Positions 1-8,341 of a stretch of DNA of 29,184 bases are shown one piece after another. Below the pieces are notes generated by a model that was not told where the DNA came from, searched no databases, and saw only the letters and a program-made list of their open reading frames with translations. The stretch is from Gemmatimonadales bacterium (lineage in GTDB: Bacteria; Gemmatimonadota; Gemmatimonadetes; Gemmatimonadales; GWC2-71-9). The stretch spans positions 1 to 29,184 of the forward strand of contig JBFGJG010000051.1 in assembly GCA_041577295.1 (NCBI GenBank). Reading direction: 5' to 3'. The stretch's first letter is position 1. Each line of letters begins with the position of its first letter. The position numbers were made by a program, and so were the translations under genes.

Positions 1-1
1 G

Positions 2-181
2 TACCGATCAGATTTTCTCCGGCTGATGGATGCACGCTTAGCACAATTCGAGGCGAAGCTCGATCAACGTTTGGCGGAGCTACGCGTCGAAAGCGCAAAG
101 CAAAAGGCTGAACTCATCAAGTGGATGTTCGCCTTCTGGGCACCGACCGCAGTGGGAGTGATCGCGCTCTTGTTCAAGTGA
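2..181 (+). CDS. 3' end of a small coiled-coil protein with C-terminal membrane anchor (DUF1640/CCDC90-like), partial at window edge
   Basis: Manual translation of frame 2: YRSDFLRLMDARLAQFEAKLDQRLAELRVESAKQKAELIKWMFAFWAPTAVGVIALLFK*, with TGA at 179-181. The coiled-coil followed by 'ELIKWMF' and a hydrophobic tail is typical of this family. Not in the ORF track because no start is in the window. Confidence 0.7.
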   Translation, partial: YRSDFLRLMDARLAQFEAKLDQRLAELRVESAKQKAELIKWMFAFWAPTAVGVIALLFK

Positions 182-210
182 ACGCGGGGCGGCACCATCC
201 GACCACTCAA

Positions 211-266
211 CAATCCCCAATCCGCAATAGGCAGTTCTCAGTTCTCAATCAGCAATCCGCAATCGC
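211..266. repeat. Heptamer tandem array, solo right-type arm (element E1)
   Basis: CAATCCC CAATCCG CAATAGG CAGTTCT CAGTTCT CAATCAG CAATCCG CAATCGC. Contains the stop of the kinase on the minus strand. Confidence 0.85.
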
Positions 267-3200
267 TTATCACCCTCGCCAAACTTTCCGCTGCCAGCTC
301 CGCCTCTCCCATCTGTTGATAGATCTCGGCCGTCCGCATGTGTCCCGCCGCTTGATAGATAAGATCGTGCACCGAGAACCCTGCGAAGCTGCCGTACTGT
401 CTGAGCGCTTCTTCTGTTCTTCCGGCCTGCTCGAGCAGTCGGCCGCGTAGATATCGCTCGTGCGGCTGCGAGAAAAACGGCGAGAACGATGCAAGCTGCC
501 ACCATGCCCGATGCGGCGCGGCTTCGAGCGCGGCGAGTGCCCGTGCCGAGTCACCGCGCGCCAACGCAATGCGCGCACCGACACCCGCCGCCAGATCCTC
601 CGCCAACGTTCCCGCTTCGTCAGACGTGGAGACGGTGCCGAGCTCATTGAGATGGCGCGTCGCCGCTGTGATGTCACCACGCACTGCGGCTAGTGAGCCC
701 AACAGATACGCACGCAGATGCGGATAGACACCGGCATGCGCCGCAAACCACGCAGCATTGTTAGCGGGCGCTCGAGCCGAGCGGGCATCCCACCGCTCCA
801 GCTCCTGACGGGCTGCATCCAGCTCGGCGTCAGACGCCGATACGAACGGCACTAATAAAAGAAAAGCACGCGCCAGCAGGCCCTGCACCGGATCGGCGCG
901 ACTGGCCTGCGCCAGCTCCGCCCGCGCATCATCCCAATCACACGCGGCGAGCTTCAAATGCGCGAGCAACACGTGGCCGAGTGCTCGAGCTTCACCCGGC
1001 CGTCCGGGTTGTGTCAGCAGCTGCGCGATCCGACCCGCGCCGTCCAGATCGCCCGCAAACGCGCCGACGTAAAACAGCGCGACCACCAGCTCCCGATCGC
1101 TCCCACGCCCAAGATCGGCGAGCACCGCATCACGGGCTGTCCGATCGCCCGTCGCAAACGCACGGAGCGCCCGCATGTCCGACGCACGCGCCCCCTCGGG
1201 ATCGAGCTGCTCGAACGCACGTACGAGCGTGTCGAGCGCCACCCGGTTCCCCTCGAGCACGGCGATGCGCGCGAGATGCAAGAAAGCGGTCCCCTGCCCC
1301 GGCTCGTACCGAATCACACGCTCCCACGCCTCACGTGCCTCGGCCGGTGAGCGGCCCTGGAGCGGTCCATAATGAAAGAGCACTTCAGCGAGCTGCTGCC
1401 ACGCCTCGACATCGTCCGGATACGCTTCGATCACCGCGCGATATCTGACCTCCGCCTGCTGCGCATCCCCCCGACGCTCGGCCTGCATCCCCGTGAGCAC
1501 CGCACGGTCACGCTCCGACAACCGGCCGCTGTAACGCACCGCCTGCTCCGCTGCCTGCTGCGTGAGCGCCGGCCACGCGAGAAACTGTGCTGCCGTGCTC
1601 AGCCGAAACCACGCAAGCGCAAACGACGAGTCGAGCTCCACGGCGCGCTGTAACACCTCCACCGCATCGCTGAACTGCGCGCGGCGAAACGCCTGCTCGC
1701 CCTCGAGGTAGGCCTTGAGTGCCGCGAGGTTGTCCGTGGTCAGCGCCGCGATGCGTGCCGAACGATCGCCTGGTCCCGTGCGCCGGCCCACCAGCAACTC
1801 AGCCGCCACCTCGTCGACGAGGTCGAAGATGCGGGCGGCATCTCCCTCGGCAGATGCCTGTGCCACGACATTCGCATCGTCCTCCGCCCCGTACATCGCC
1901 GCGTCGATCCGCAGACGCCCGCGTACCTCTACCACGTTCCCGAGCACGTAGAAGCCCGCGTTCAGGTTGCGGGCGACACGGCGGCCCATCTCGGGTGCCG
2001 GCGCCGCGGGATTCTCACGCGCCACGACGCTCAGCACCGCGCGAGGGTCGGCGCTTCTCAGATCGCCCACACCGCTGAGCTTGGTGCTCAACAGATCCAC
2101 CATGCCCTCGCCCAGGTAGGCGAACTCACCGCTGCCGCGGACCGAGAACGGGAGGACCGCCACGCGGGATGCCGCAGCCGACGCGGGCCCACTCCCCGCA
2201 CTGCGCAGCACCACACCGCCAACCACCGCGAGCGCGAGCACCCCTGCGACCGCGATGGCCACGACACCGCGCCGTCTGTGCAGCAATCCACGTTTGGCTT
2301 TTGGTCGCTCCATGAGCGCTCGGCGAAACGCACCGCCATTAACCCATCGATCGCGTGGCACCTTTTCGAGCGCGCGACGCAGCACTTCGGTGAGGTCCCG
2401 CGGGATGCCGGACCAATCGATCTCGCCGGTGGCGAGCGCCCGGTTCCAATTCCGGCCGGTGAGCAGCTCGTACAGCACGGCACCGAGCGAGTAGACATCG
2501 GTGGCGGGTGTGATCTCGGCACTCACCGCCTGCTCCGGTGCCATGTAGTCCGGTGTGCCGAGGATCATGCCCGTCGTCTTCATCCCCTGGCTTCCGCCGG
2601 CGGCGGCGTCCAGCGCGCGGGCGATCCCAAAGTCGGCAACCAGGGCGTGCCCGCGGCTGAGCAGGATGTTCTCAAGTTTGATGTCGCGATGCACCACGCC
2701 CTGCTCGTGCGCTGCATCGAGCGCGTCCGCGACCTCGCCGGCAAGGTGCGTTGCTTCCTCGACGGAGAGCCCGCCCTCACGGTTCAATCGCTCGCGCAAC
2801 GACTCGCCTTCGATGTACGGGGTAACGTAGTAGAGGAAGTCACCAGCGCGCCCCGAGTCGAGCAGTGGGAGAATCAGCGGGTGGTTGAGCTGTGCGGTGA
2901 GCTTGATCTCACGCAGGAACCTTTCGGTGCCGATGGCGCCGGCAAGCTCCGGCCGGAGCAGCTTGATGGCCACCTGGCGCTCGTGCCGCACATCTTCCGC
3001 GAGGAATACGATCGCCATCCCGCCGCGGGCGAGCTCCACCTGGACGTTATACCGGTCGGCGAGCAGCTCGCGTACCTGCTTGAGCAGATACGCCTCCCAC
3101 CCCGGCAGTGTCGTGACAAACCCACCGCGCTCGTGCGAATTGACCAACGCTTCCACTTCGCTCCGCACTTCGGCATCGTCGCACGCCTCGTCGAGAAACT

Positions 3201-3303
3201 CGGGGCGCTCGTGGGTCGGGCGCGAGATGGCCTCGTGAAACAGCTCCTGGATCCGTGTCCAGCGCGAACCGTTGGTCACGGGTTGGCGGGTCGTGGCATA
3301 CAC
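238..3303 (-). CDS. Membrane-anchored Ser/Thr protein kinase with TolB-N-like domain and TPR region
   Basis: 1021 aa. RGGMA loop, VAIK, HRDIKLEN, DFG, GTPDYMAPE; TM segment VVAIAVAGVLALAVVGGVVL; VAVLPF TolB-N-like motif; helical TPR-like C-terminus. Start uncertain (GTG 3303 or 3279). Confidence 0.93.
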   Translation of the reverse strand: MYATTRQPVTNGSRWTRIQELFHEAISRPTHERPEFLDEACDDAEVRSEVEALVNSHERGGFVTTLPGWEAYLLKQVRELLADRYNVQVELARGGMAIVFLAEDVRHERQVAIKLLRPELAGAIGTERFLREIKLTAQLNHPLILPLLDSGRAGDFLYYVTPYIEGESLRERLNREGGLSVEEATHLAGEVADALDAAHEQGVVHRDIKLENILLSRGHALVADFGIARALDAAAGGSQGMKTTGMILGTPDYMAPEQAVSAEITPATDVYSLGAVLYELLTGRNWNRALATGEIDWSGIPRDLTEVLRRALEKVPRDRWVNGGAFRRALMERPKAKRGLLHRRRGVVAIAVAGVLALAVVGGVVLRSAGSGPASAAASRVAVLPFSVRGSGEFAYLGEGMVDLLSTKLSGVGDLRSADPRAVLSVVARENPAAPAPEMGRRVARNLNAGFYVLGNVVEVRGRLRIDAAMYGAEDDANVVAQASAEGDAARIFDLVDEVAAELLVGRRTGPGDRSARIAALTTDNLAALKAYLEGEQAFRRAQFSDAVEVLQRAVELDSSFALAWFRLSTAAQFLAWPALTQQAAEQAVRYSGRLSERDRAVLTGMQAERRGDAQQAEVRYRAVIEAYPDDVEAWQQLAEVLFHYGPLQGRSPAEAREAWERVIRYEPGQGTAFLHLARIAVLEGNRVALDTLVRAFEQLDPEGARASDMRALRAFATGDRTARDAVLADLGRGSDRELVVALFYVGAFAGDLDGAGRIAQLLTQPGRPGEARALGHVLLAHLKLAACDWDDARAELAQASRADPVQGLLARAFLLLVPFVSASDAELDAARQELERWDARSARAPANNAAWFAAHAGVYPHLRAYLLGSLAAVRGDITAATRHLNELGTVSTSDEAGTLAEDLAAGVGARIALARGDSARALAALEAAPHRAWWQLASFSPFFSQPHERYLRGRLLEQAGRTEEALRQYGSFAGFSVHDLIYQAAGHMRTAEIYQQMGEAELAAESLARVISDCGLLIEN

Positions 3304-3370
3304 GGAGTGAGGGGTCGTGGCATAGTCACAGAAAAGTGGAGCCGTTTCGTGGTGGGAGGCAACTGGGACC

Positions 3371-3461
3371 GAATGCAGAGAAAGAGTGCAGAGTGCAGAG
3401 TGCAGATCGCCGATTGTGGCGGAATGTGATCAAATCACTCTGCACTCTGCACTCTGCACTC
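3371..3461 (+). repeat. Heptamer-arm inverted repeat element E2
   Basis: (GAGTGCA)3 arm, core TGTGGCGGAATGTGATCAAATC (3415-3436), then (ACTCTGC)3 arm. Abuts the permease stop at 3462-3464. Confidence 0.9.
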
Positions 3462-5870
3462 CTACTCCGCTCGTAGCGCCTGTATCGGATCGGCCCGCAT
3501 GGCGCGGCGGGCGGGCACGTAGCTCGCCAAGAGCGCGACCGCTGTCAGCACTGCGATCGCGATTGCCATGGTCGTGGGATCCACAACGCTCAGCTCGGGC
3601 ACGGCGCTACGTAGTACGCGAATCATGGAAAACGCACCGAGGATTCCCAGGACGAGCCCAACGGCCACGAGCGTTGAGCCGTACCGCAACACTGTGCGCA
3701 GAATCGCGCCGGGGCTTGCACCCAACGCGAGCTGCACACCAATCTCGCGCGTACGCCGAGCGACCGTGTACGCCAATACCCCGTAGATACCGATCGCCGC
3801 CATGAGCAGGCCGGCAAGCGCAAACGCCCCGATGAGTCGTGTCGTAAATCGCTCACCGGCTATCGACTCGGCGTGCACCAACGTCGCCGGGAACACATCG
3901 CCGACCGCCAGCGTCGGGTCGACCGACGCGACCGTTCGACGTACCCGATCCTCGGTGACGCCATCCCCCCGCACGCGGGCCACGAACACGAGGTTTCCCG
4001 CCAGGGCACCAGCGGCATCCTGCGCGTAGGGGACATACCACGTCTCGTACGGATCCTCTGCCTCGTGCACGTCTCCCACAACGCCGATGACGGTGCGCCA
4101 GGGATCCGGTCCGCTGCTGCCGAGCGATCGTACACGCCTGCCGATCGCATCTTCATTGGGCCAATAGCGCGCCGCCATGCGCTGGCTGATTACCGCAACG
4201 GGGATACCGCTCTCAACGTCACGGCTGTCGATTTGCCGGCCCCGAATGAGTGGAACACCGAGCGTCTCGAGAAACGCGGGTGTGACCGCACGGTGGTTTA
4301 CGATGGGTTGTTCGCTCTCGGTGAGCTGGCGTCCTTCGATCTCGATGCGTGCAAGCGTGTTCGAACGGCTCCATGGAAACATGGTCGAGGTGCCTGCACT
4401 CGATACGTCCGCTAACTGGCGAAGCGCTTCCTGCACGCGGTCCACGTACACGAGGCGCCGCTCGGGATCGTCGTAGTCCGGACGATCCACTGCGGTCGTC
4501 AAGATCCAGAGACGTTTCGGGTCGTATCCCAGTTCCACCTGTTGTAGAGATTGGAGATTGCGCACCAGCAGACCCGCGGCGGCCAGGAGCACGAACGCCA
4601 GGGCTACCTCACTCACCACGAGCGCGTCCGCGGACAACGTGCGCCGGCGCGTGACCGAGCGTGTACCGCCCTGGAGCAGCTGTGCTGGATCGGTCCCGGT
4701 CGTGCGCCACGCCGGCACGATCCCGAACGCGAGCGCAGTGGCCACCGCCGCGGCCATGCTGAACGTGAATGCGGTCGCGTCGATCGGCACGTCCGTGACG
4801 ACGAAGCTCAGATGGTTGGGGAACAAGGTCACCAGGAACTGCGCGGTCCCCAGTGCGGCGGCAAACCCTAGCAGTCCGCCAAGCAACGCGACCACCAGAC
4901 TCTCGGCGAACATCTCTCGCACCAGCCGTGTGCGGCTCGCACCCAGCGCCGCTCGCATGGCGAACTGCCGTTGCCGATCGAGCCCGCGGGCGAGGAACAG
5001 GTTTGCCATGTTCGCACAGACGATCAGCAGCACGAACACCACGGCGCCAAACAGCATGAGCGCGAGCCGATCCTGCTCACCCACCATCGTGTCGCGAAGC
5101 GGGTATGCCCTGAGCATCGCGCCGCGGTGACGATCCGGATGGTCGAGTACGAGCCGTTGGTTGATGGCCCGCAGATCCTGGGCGGCCTGGTCGGTGGTGA
5201 CGCCGGGGCGAAGCCGCGCCTGCACGTTGAGCCCCCATGTATTGTCACCGAGCGGATCCACCCGCATCGGGAGCCACGCGTCCGCATGGTACGGGTACCG
5301 AAAGCCCGGTGGCATGACGCCCACGACGGTGCGCGTGCGATTGTCGATGGTGACGGTGCGTCCGAGCACGTCGGCCGCTCCGCCGAAGTGACGCTGCCAC
5401 AGCAAGTGACTGATCACCGTGACGGACGCGTCACGGCCTAGTTCGCTTTCGTCTGGGGTAAATCCCCGCCCCTGTAGCGGCTGCACACCGAGCGTGCCAA
5501 GCCAGTCGCGGCTGACCGAGATGGTGACGATACGCTCGGCGAATCCCTCGTTGCCAAGCAGCGTGGAGGCGGAGTAGCGCTGCGCGACCATCGAGCTGAA
5601 CGAGCGTTGCTGCTCCTCGATCCCCCCGTAGGTGACCGGTCGCAAGCTGATGAGGTTGGTCGTGCCCTCCGGGACCTGAAAAATGCGCACCAGATTTGCT
5701 TCGTCCTCGAACGGCAACGGACGAAGCAACAGCGCGCGTACCAGACCGAACACGGCCGTGGTGGCGCCGATACCGATGATCAGACTGAGGAGCGCTGCGC
5801 CCATGAACGCTGGGGCGCGGCGCAGCTCGCGAACCGTAAAGCGGATGCCGTGGAGGAGGTCAGTGAACAC
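3462..5870 (-). CDS. ADOP-type duplicated ABC transporter permease (MacB-periplasmic/FtsX domains x2)
   Basis: 802 aa. N-terminus 'DLLHGIRFTVRELRRAPAF...LIIGIGATTAVF'; two FtsX-like blocks (LLIVCANMANLFLAR...MRAALGASR; GIYGVLAYTVARRTREIGVQLALGA); C-terminus PARRAMRADPIQALRAE. Confidence 0.93.
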   Translation of the reverse strand: MFTDLLHGIRFTVRELRRAPAFMGAALLSLIIGIGATTAVFGLVRALLLRPLPFEDEANLVRIFQVPEGTTNLISLRPVTYGGIEEQQRSFSSMVAQRYSASTLLGNEGFAERIVTISVSRDWLGTLGVQPLQGRGFTPDESELGRDASVTVISHLLWQRHFGGAADVLGRTVTIDNRTRTVVGVMPPGFRYPYHADAWLPMRVDPLGDNTWGLNVQARLRPGVTTDQAAQDLRAINQRLVLDHPDRHRGAMLRAYPLRDTMVGEQDRLALMLFGAVVFVLLIVCANMANLFLARGLDRQRQFAMRAALGASRTRLVREMFAESLVVALLGGLLGFAAALGTAQFLVTLFPNHLSFVVTDVPIDATAFTFSMAAAVATALAFGIVPAWRTTGTDPAQLLQGGTRSVTRRRTLSADALVVSEVALAFVLLAAAGLLVRNLQSLQQVELGYDPKRLWILTTAVDRPDYDDPERRLVYVDRVQEALRQLADVSSAGTSTMFPWSRSNTLARIEIEGRQLTESEQPIVNHRAVTPAFLETLGVPLIRGRQIDSRDVESGIPVAVISQRMAARYWPNEDAIGRRVRSLGSSGPDPWRTVIGVVGDVHEAEDPYETWYVPYAQDAAGALAGNLVFVARVRGDGVTEDRVRRTVASVDPTLAVGDVFPATLVHAESIAGERFTTRLIGAFALAGLLMAAIGIYGVLAYTVARRTREIGVQLALGASPGAILRTVLRYGSTLVAVGLVLGILGAFSMIRVLRSAVPELSVVDPTTMAIAIAVLTAVALLASYVPARRAMRADPIQALRAE

Positions 5871-5878
5871 GAAAAAGC

Positions 5879-5943
5879 GAGTGCAGAGTGCAGATCGAGG
5901 CAGAATGTGACTAAATCAATCTACAATCTGCACTCTGCAATCT
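5879..5943 (+). repeat. Heptamer-arm inverted repeat element E3
   Basis: (GAGTGCA)2 GATCGAG, core GCAGAATGTGACTAAATC (5900-5917), then AATCTAC AATCTGC ACTCTGC AATCT. Abuts the stop at 5944. Confidence 0.88.
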
Positions 5944-6702
5944 CTACATTCCGTCTCGCGTGGTCGGTGTCCAGATCGCGTCGTCGTGCGCCCGGAACAT
6001 CTCGTTGACCCGCACCCACTGCTCCGGATGTTTTTCCGACATGGTCCCGATGAGCTTGGCAAACAGGTCATCCATGTCGTCCCAGCTGTCGAAGAAGTAA
6101 AGCACCTTGAAGTTGTGTGGACCGCCGGTGTTATGACTCAATCTCACCCACCCCCCCAACGTGCCTTCGGCCATCGCCTCGTTCATGATCGGCTCCGCAA
6201 CCTCGTTCCACATGCGATTCCACTCCGCCATATCCGCGAAGCTCACGAGAAATGAAGAGGCGTACACGTGTGCGGTCTCGGCACCCTCGCGAAAGTTCAG
6301 CTCGCTGATATCCCAGATCTCGTCCCGGTGCGCCATGACCATCCGAGAGCTGGCGGTCCACTCATCCTGAGGCACCGCTGCTTGAAGCCGTGACAGGTAT
6401 TCACTCCAAAACGTGCCAAGACTTGCCCAGTCGTACGTCCGAGCGTTGAAATAAACATTGTAATCCCCTCCCCCCGTCTCGTGTTGCCACTGAGTGTATC
6501 CCTCGATCACTCCCTCCTCTTCGAGCTTGTCGAGAATGGGTACCGAGTAAGTCCAGTACTGGCGATTCCAATCGGCCAGGTCGGCGAAGCTGATCTGATA
6601 GAAAGCCTCGTACACGTGTGCCGGCTGACGTGCTTCCTGACCCATGAGAAGGGGAGTGCCGAGCAACATGAGGCCGGCGAGGCCAAGTACTACTCGCTGC
6701 AT
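5944..6702 (-). CDS. Secreted hypothetical protein with two internal ~105-aa repeats (possible dimeric alpha/beta-barrel, NIPSNAP-like), paralogue 1
   Basis: 252 aa; signal peptide; strong SD AAGGAGG; internal repeats ending HRDEIWD and HDDAIWT; colinear with 8342..9100. Fold call is inference. Confidence 0.85.
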   Translation of the reverse strand: MQRVVLGLAGLMLLGTPLLMGQEARQPAHVYEAFYQISFADLADWNRQYWTYSVPILDKLEEEGVIEGYTQWQHETGGGDYNVYFNARTYDWASLGTFWSEYLSRLQAAVPQDEWTASSRMVMAHRDEIWDISELNFREGAETAHVYASSFLVSFADMAEWNRMWNEVAEPIMNEAMAEGTLGGWVRLSHNTGGPHNFKVLYFFDSWDDMDDLFAKLIGTMSEKHPEQWVRVNEMFRAHDDAIWTPTTRDGM

Positions 6703-6773
6703 AACTGCCTCCTTGAGGAGAACGACGGGAAGCCCAGAATATCAATTGCGCGAACTTGTCACCGGTGCACAGG

Positions 6774-6833
6774 GAGTGCAAGGTGGAGAGTGCAGAGTTG
6801 AATGAGATCAGCATTCCGCTGCACTCTGCATTC
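6774..6833 (-). repeat. Heptamer-arm inverted repeat element E4 (core on minus strand)
   Basis: GAGTGCA AGGTGGA GAGTGCA arm and TGCACTC TGCATTC arm. Minus-strand core TGCAGCGGAATGCTGATC (+ coordinates ~6806-6823). Confidence 0.82.
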
Positions 6834-6850
6834 TTATCTCGCCTAAAAGA

Positions 6851-7468
6851 GTACTACCTGGCATGCCGACCTATCAGTCACTGACTGGCCAACTGAACGG
6901 CCTGGCCAAGATTCCAGGACCGCGCACGCGCCAACTGCACTGGCCCACGGTGGCCAACGCCGCCCTCGCGACGATCATGAAGGGGATGTATCAACAAAAG
7001 AGCAGCACGCTCGAGATCCTTGCGCTCGAGCGGCGCTATGCCGACGAGTTCAAACGAACGGTCTCACCCAAGCTCTTTCATGAATCGGCACAGTGGGGAT
7101 ACGCGGTGGCAACGGCCATTTGCCAATGGTCAAAAACCGACGGCTTCGACAAATACCACAATTGTGAGTACACACCGCCCGTGGGTGTGGGACTGTGGGT
7201 ACCGACACCTCCGGCATACGCGGCGCCGCTCGAGCCTTGCTGGGGTCGCATGCGGACCTTTGCCGTGACTAGCGCAAGCGTGTGTGATCCCGGACCGCAT
7301 CCCGCTTACTCCGAGTCACCGGGGTCCGCCTTCCATGCCGAGGGCAAGGAAGTGTACGAAACGGTCCTGAACATCACAAGCGAGCAGCTGACCATTGCGC
7401 GATTCTGGTCGGACGATCCGGGTGCAACCGGAACCCCGCCCGGACATTCAATGTCGATCGCGGGTCAG
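6851..7468 (+). pseudogene. Internal fragment of a vanadium-dependent haloperoxidase / PAP2-superfamily gene
   Basis: VLPGMPTYQSLTGQLNGL...GLWVPTPPAYAAPLEPCWG...IARFWSDDPGATGTPPGH matches the middle of bacterial VHPO-like proteins. The N-terminus and the C-terminal catalytic motifs (KxxxxxxRP, PSGH, SRxxxGxH) are absent. The ORF 6863..7546 then runs into the antisense of the next gene. Confidence 0.75.
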
Positions 7469-7478
7469 CCCCACCGTT

Positions 7479-8189
7479 CTAATATCCAAAGCCGAAGTCG
7501 AGGCAATCGCTCGAAAGACAGATCACATAGGCCGCGAACCCAATGACGTCGAGCGCACCGCCAACCATCGTACCGATCTTCTTGCCGTTGGCCGGCTGTT
7601 TGATCTCGAGGATACGGTCCAGCGGTATCAGCTCCTGGTGTCCTCGCCTCACATCGAGCGCGACCGCGGAACGTACCGGCAGAAGACCAGACCACAGATA
7701 CGCCATGAGCGCTCTGCCTGTAACGGTGTGACCGTAACCGTCTGCGACTCGTGAGACGGTCCCCACACGGACATCAGATGGCCCCGTTGCGGACTCGAGA
7801 ACGACCCGCTCGTTGTCAAAGCCGAGCAGTCTACCAGTTACCGTGTCTCCTGAGTCCATGACGATGACCACCTCCTCGCCGAGACAGGGGAGGGTCGCAT
7901 CGTTCCCCAGATCCGCTCGGGCCCGGTCGTAGCTTACCGCATACGCCTCGGGAGGCACAGCCACGACACCGCGAAACGTCCCCGACACCTTGGAGTCATC
8001 CCGGAGCGTGAGGGTGATCCGTTTTCCAGGTTTGACTTCGCCGGTGTTCAGGGCCTGAGGGACAAGTGGTTTCCCTTTACCGGCGTCGAGTGCCGCACCG
8101 ACACCGAGACCGACCACGGTGCAGCCGCTCACGGCGGGGGACAGCAGGAGAAGGGCGAGTATCCGGTACGTAAGATTTTGTGTTGACAT
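7479..8189 (-). CDS. Hypothetical lipoprotein
   Basis: 236 aa; signal with lipobox LLLSPAVSG-C; SD AAGGAG upstream. Confidence 0.8.
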   Translation of the reverse strand: MSTQNLTYRILALLLLSPAVSGCTVVGLGVGAALDAGKGKPLVPQALNTGEVKPGKRITLTLRDDSKVSGTFRGVVAVPPEAYAVSYDRARADLGNDATLPCLGEEVVIVMDSGDTVTGRLLGFDNERVVLESATGPSDVRVGTVSRVADGYGHTVTGRALMAYLWSGLLPVRSAVALDVRRGHQELIPLDRILEIKQPANGKKIGTMVGGALDVIGFAAYVICLSSDCLDFGFGY

Positions 8190-8263
8190 GTGACGTCTCC
8201 TTGCGATGGGACCAAAGGTCCGGTCCCGCCGTCAGGTAGACGTCAAGCAGGGGAGTGGGGGGT

Positions 8264-8341
8264 CAGATTGCAGATTGCAGATTGTAGCGGAGTGCTCATT
8301 CGTCTCGTCACCTTCAATCTGCAATCTGCAATCTGCGTTCT
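8264..8341 (+). repeat. Heptamer-arm inverted repeat element E5
   Basis: GATTGCA GATTGCA GATTGTA arm, core TGTAGCGGAGTGCTCATTC (8283-8301), then (AATCTGC)3 arm. Abuts the stop at 8342. Confidence 0.9.

Noticed and set aside
2278..3429. 383-aa plus-strand ORF and similar long antisense ORFs (12042..12974, 13275..14060, 18068..19153, 9997..10875)
   Set aside because: Shadow ORFs opposite well-supported genes in high-GC DNA, with no recognisable motifs.
7469..7546. Haloperoxidase ORF 6863..7546 as an intact gene
   Set aside because: The tail is antisense to the lipoprotein gene, and the vanadate-binding motifs are absent.
8207..8227. Short inverted repeat GGGACC...GGTCCC upstream of the lipoprotein gene
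   Set aside because: A 6-bp stem in GC-rich DNA is expected by chance, and there is no second copy.
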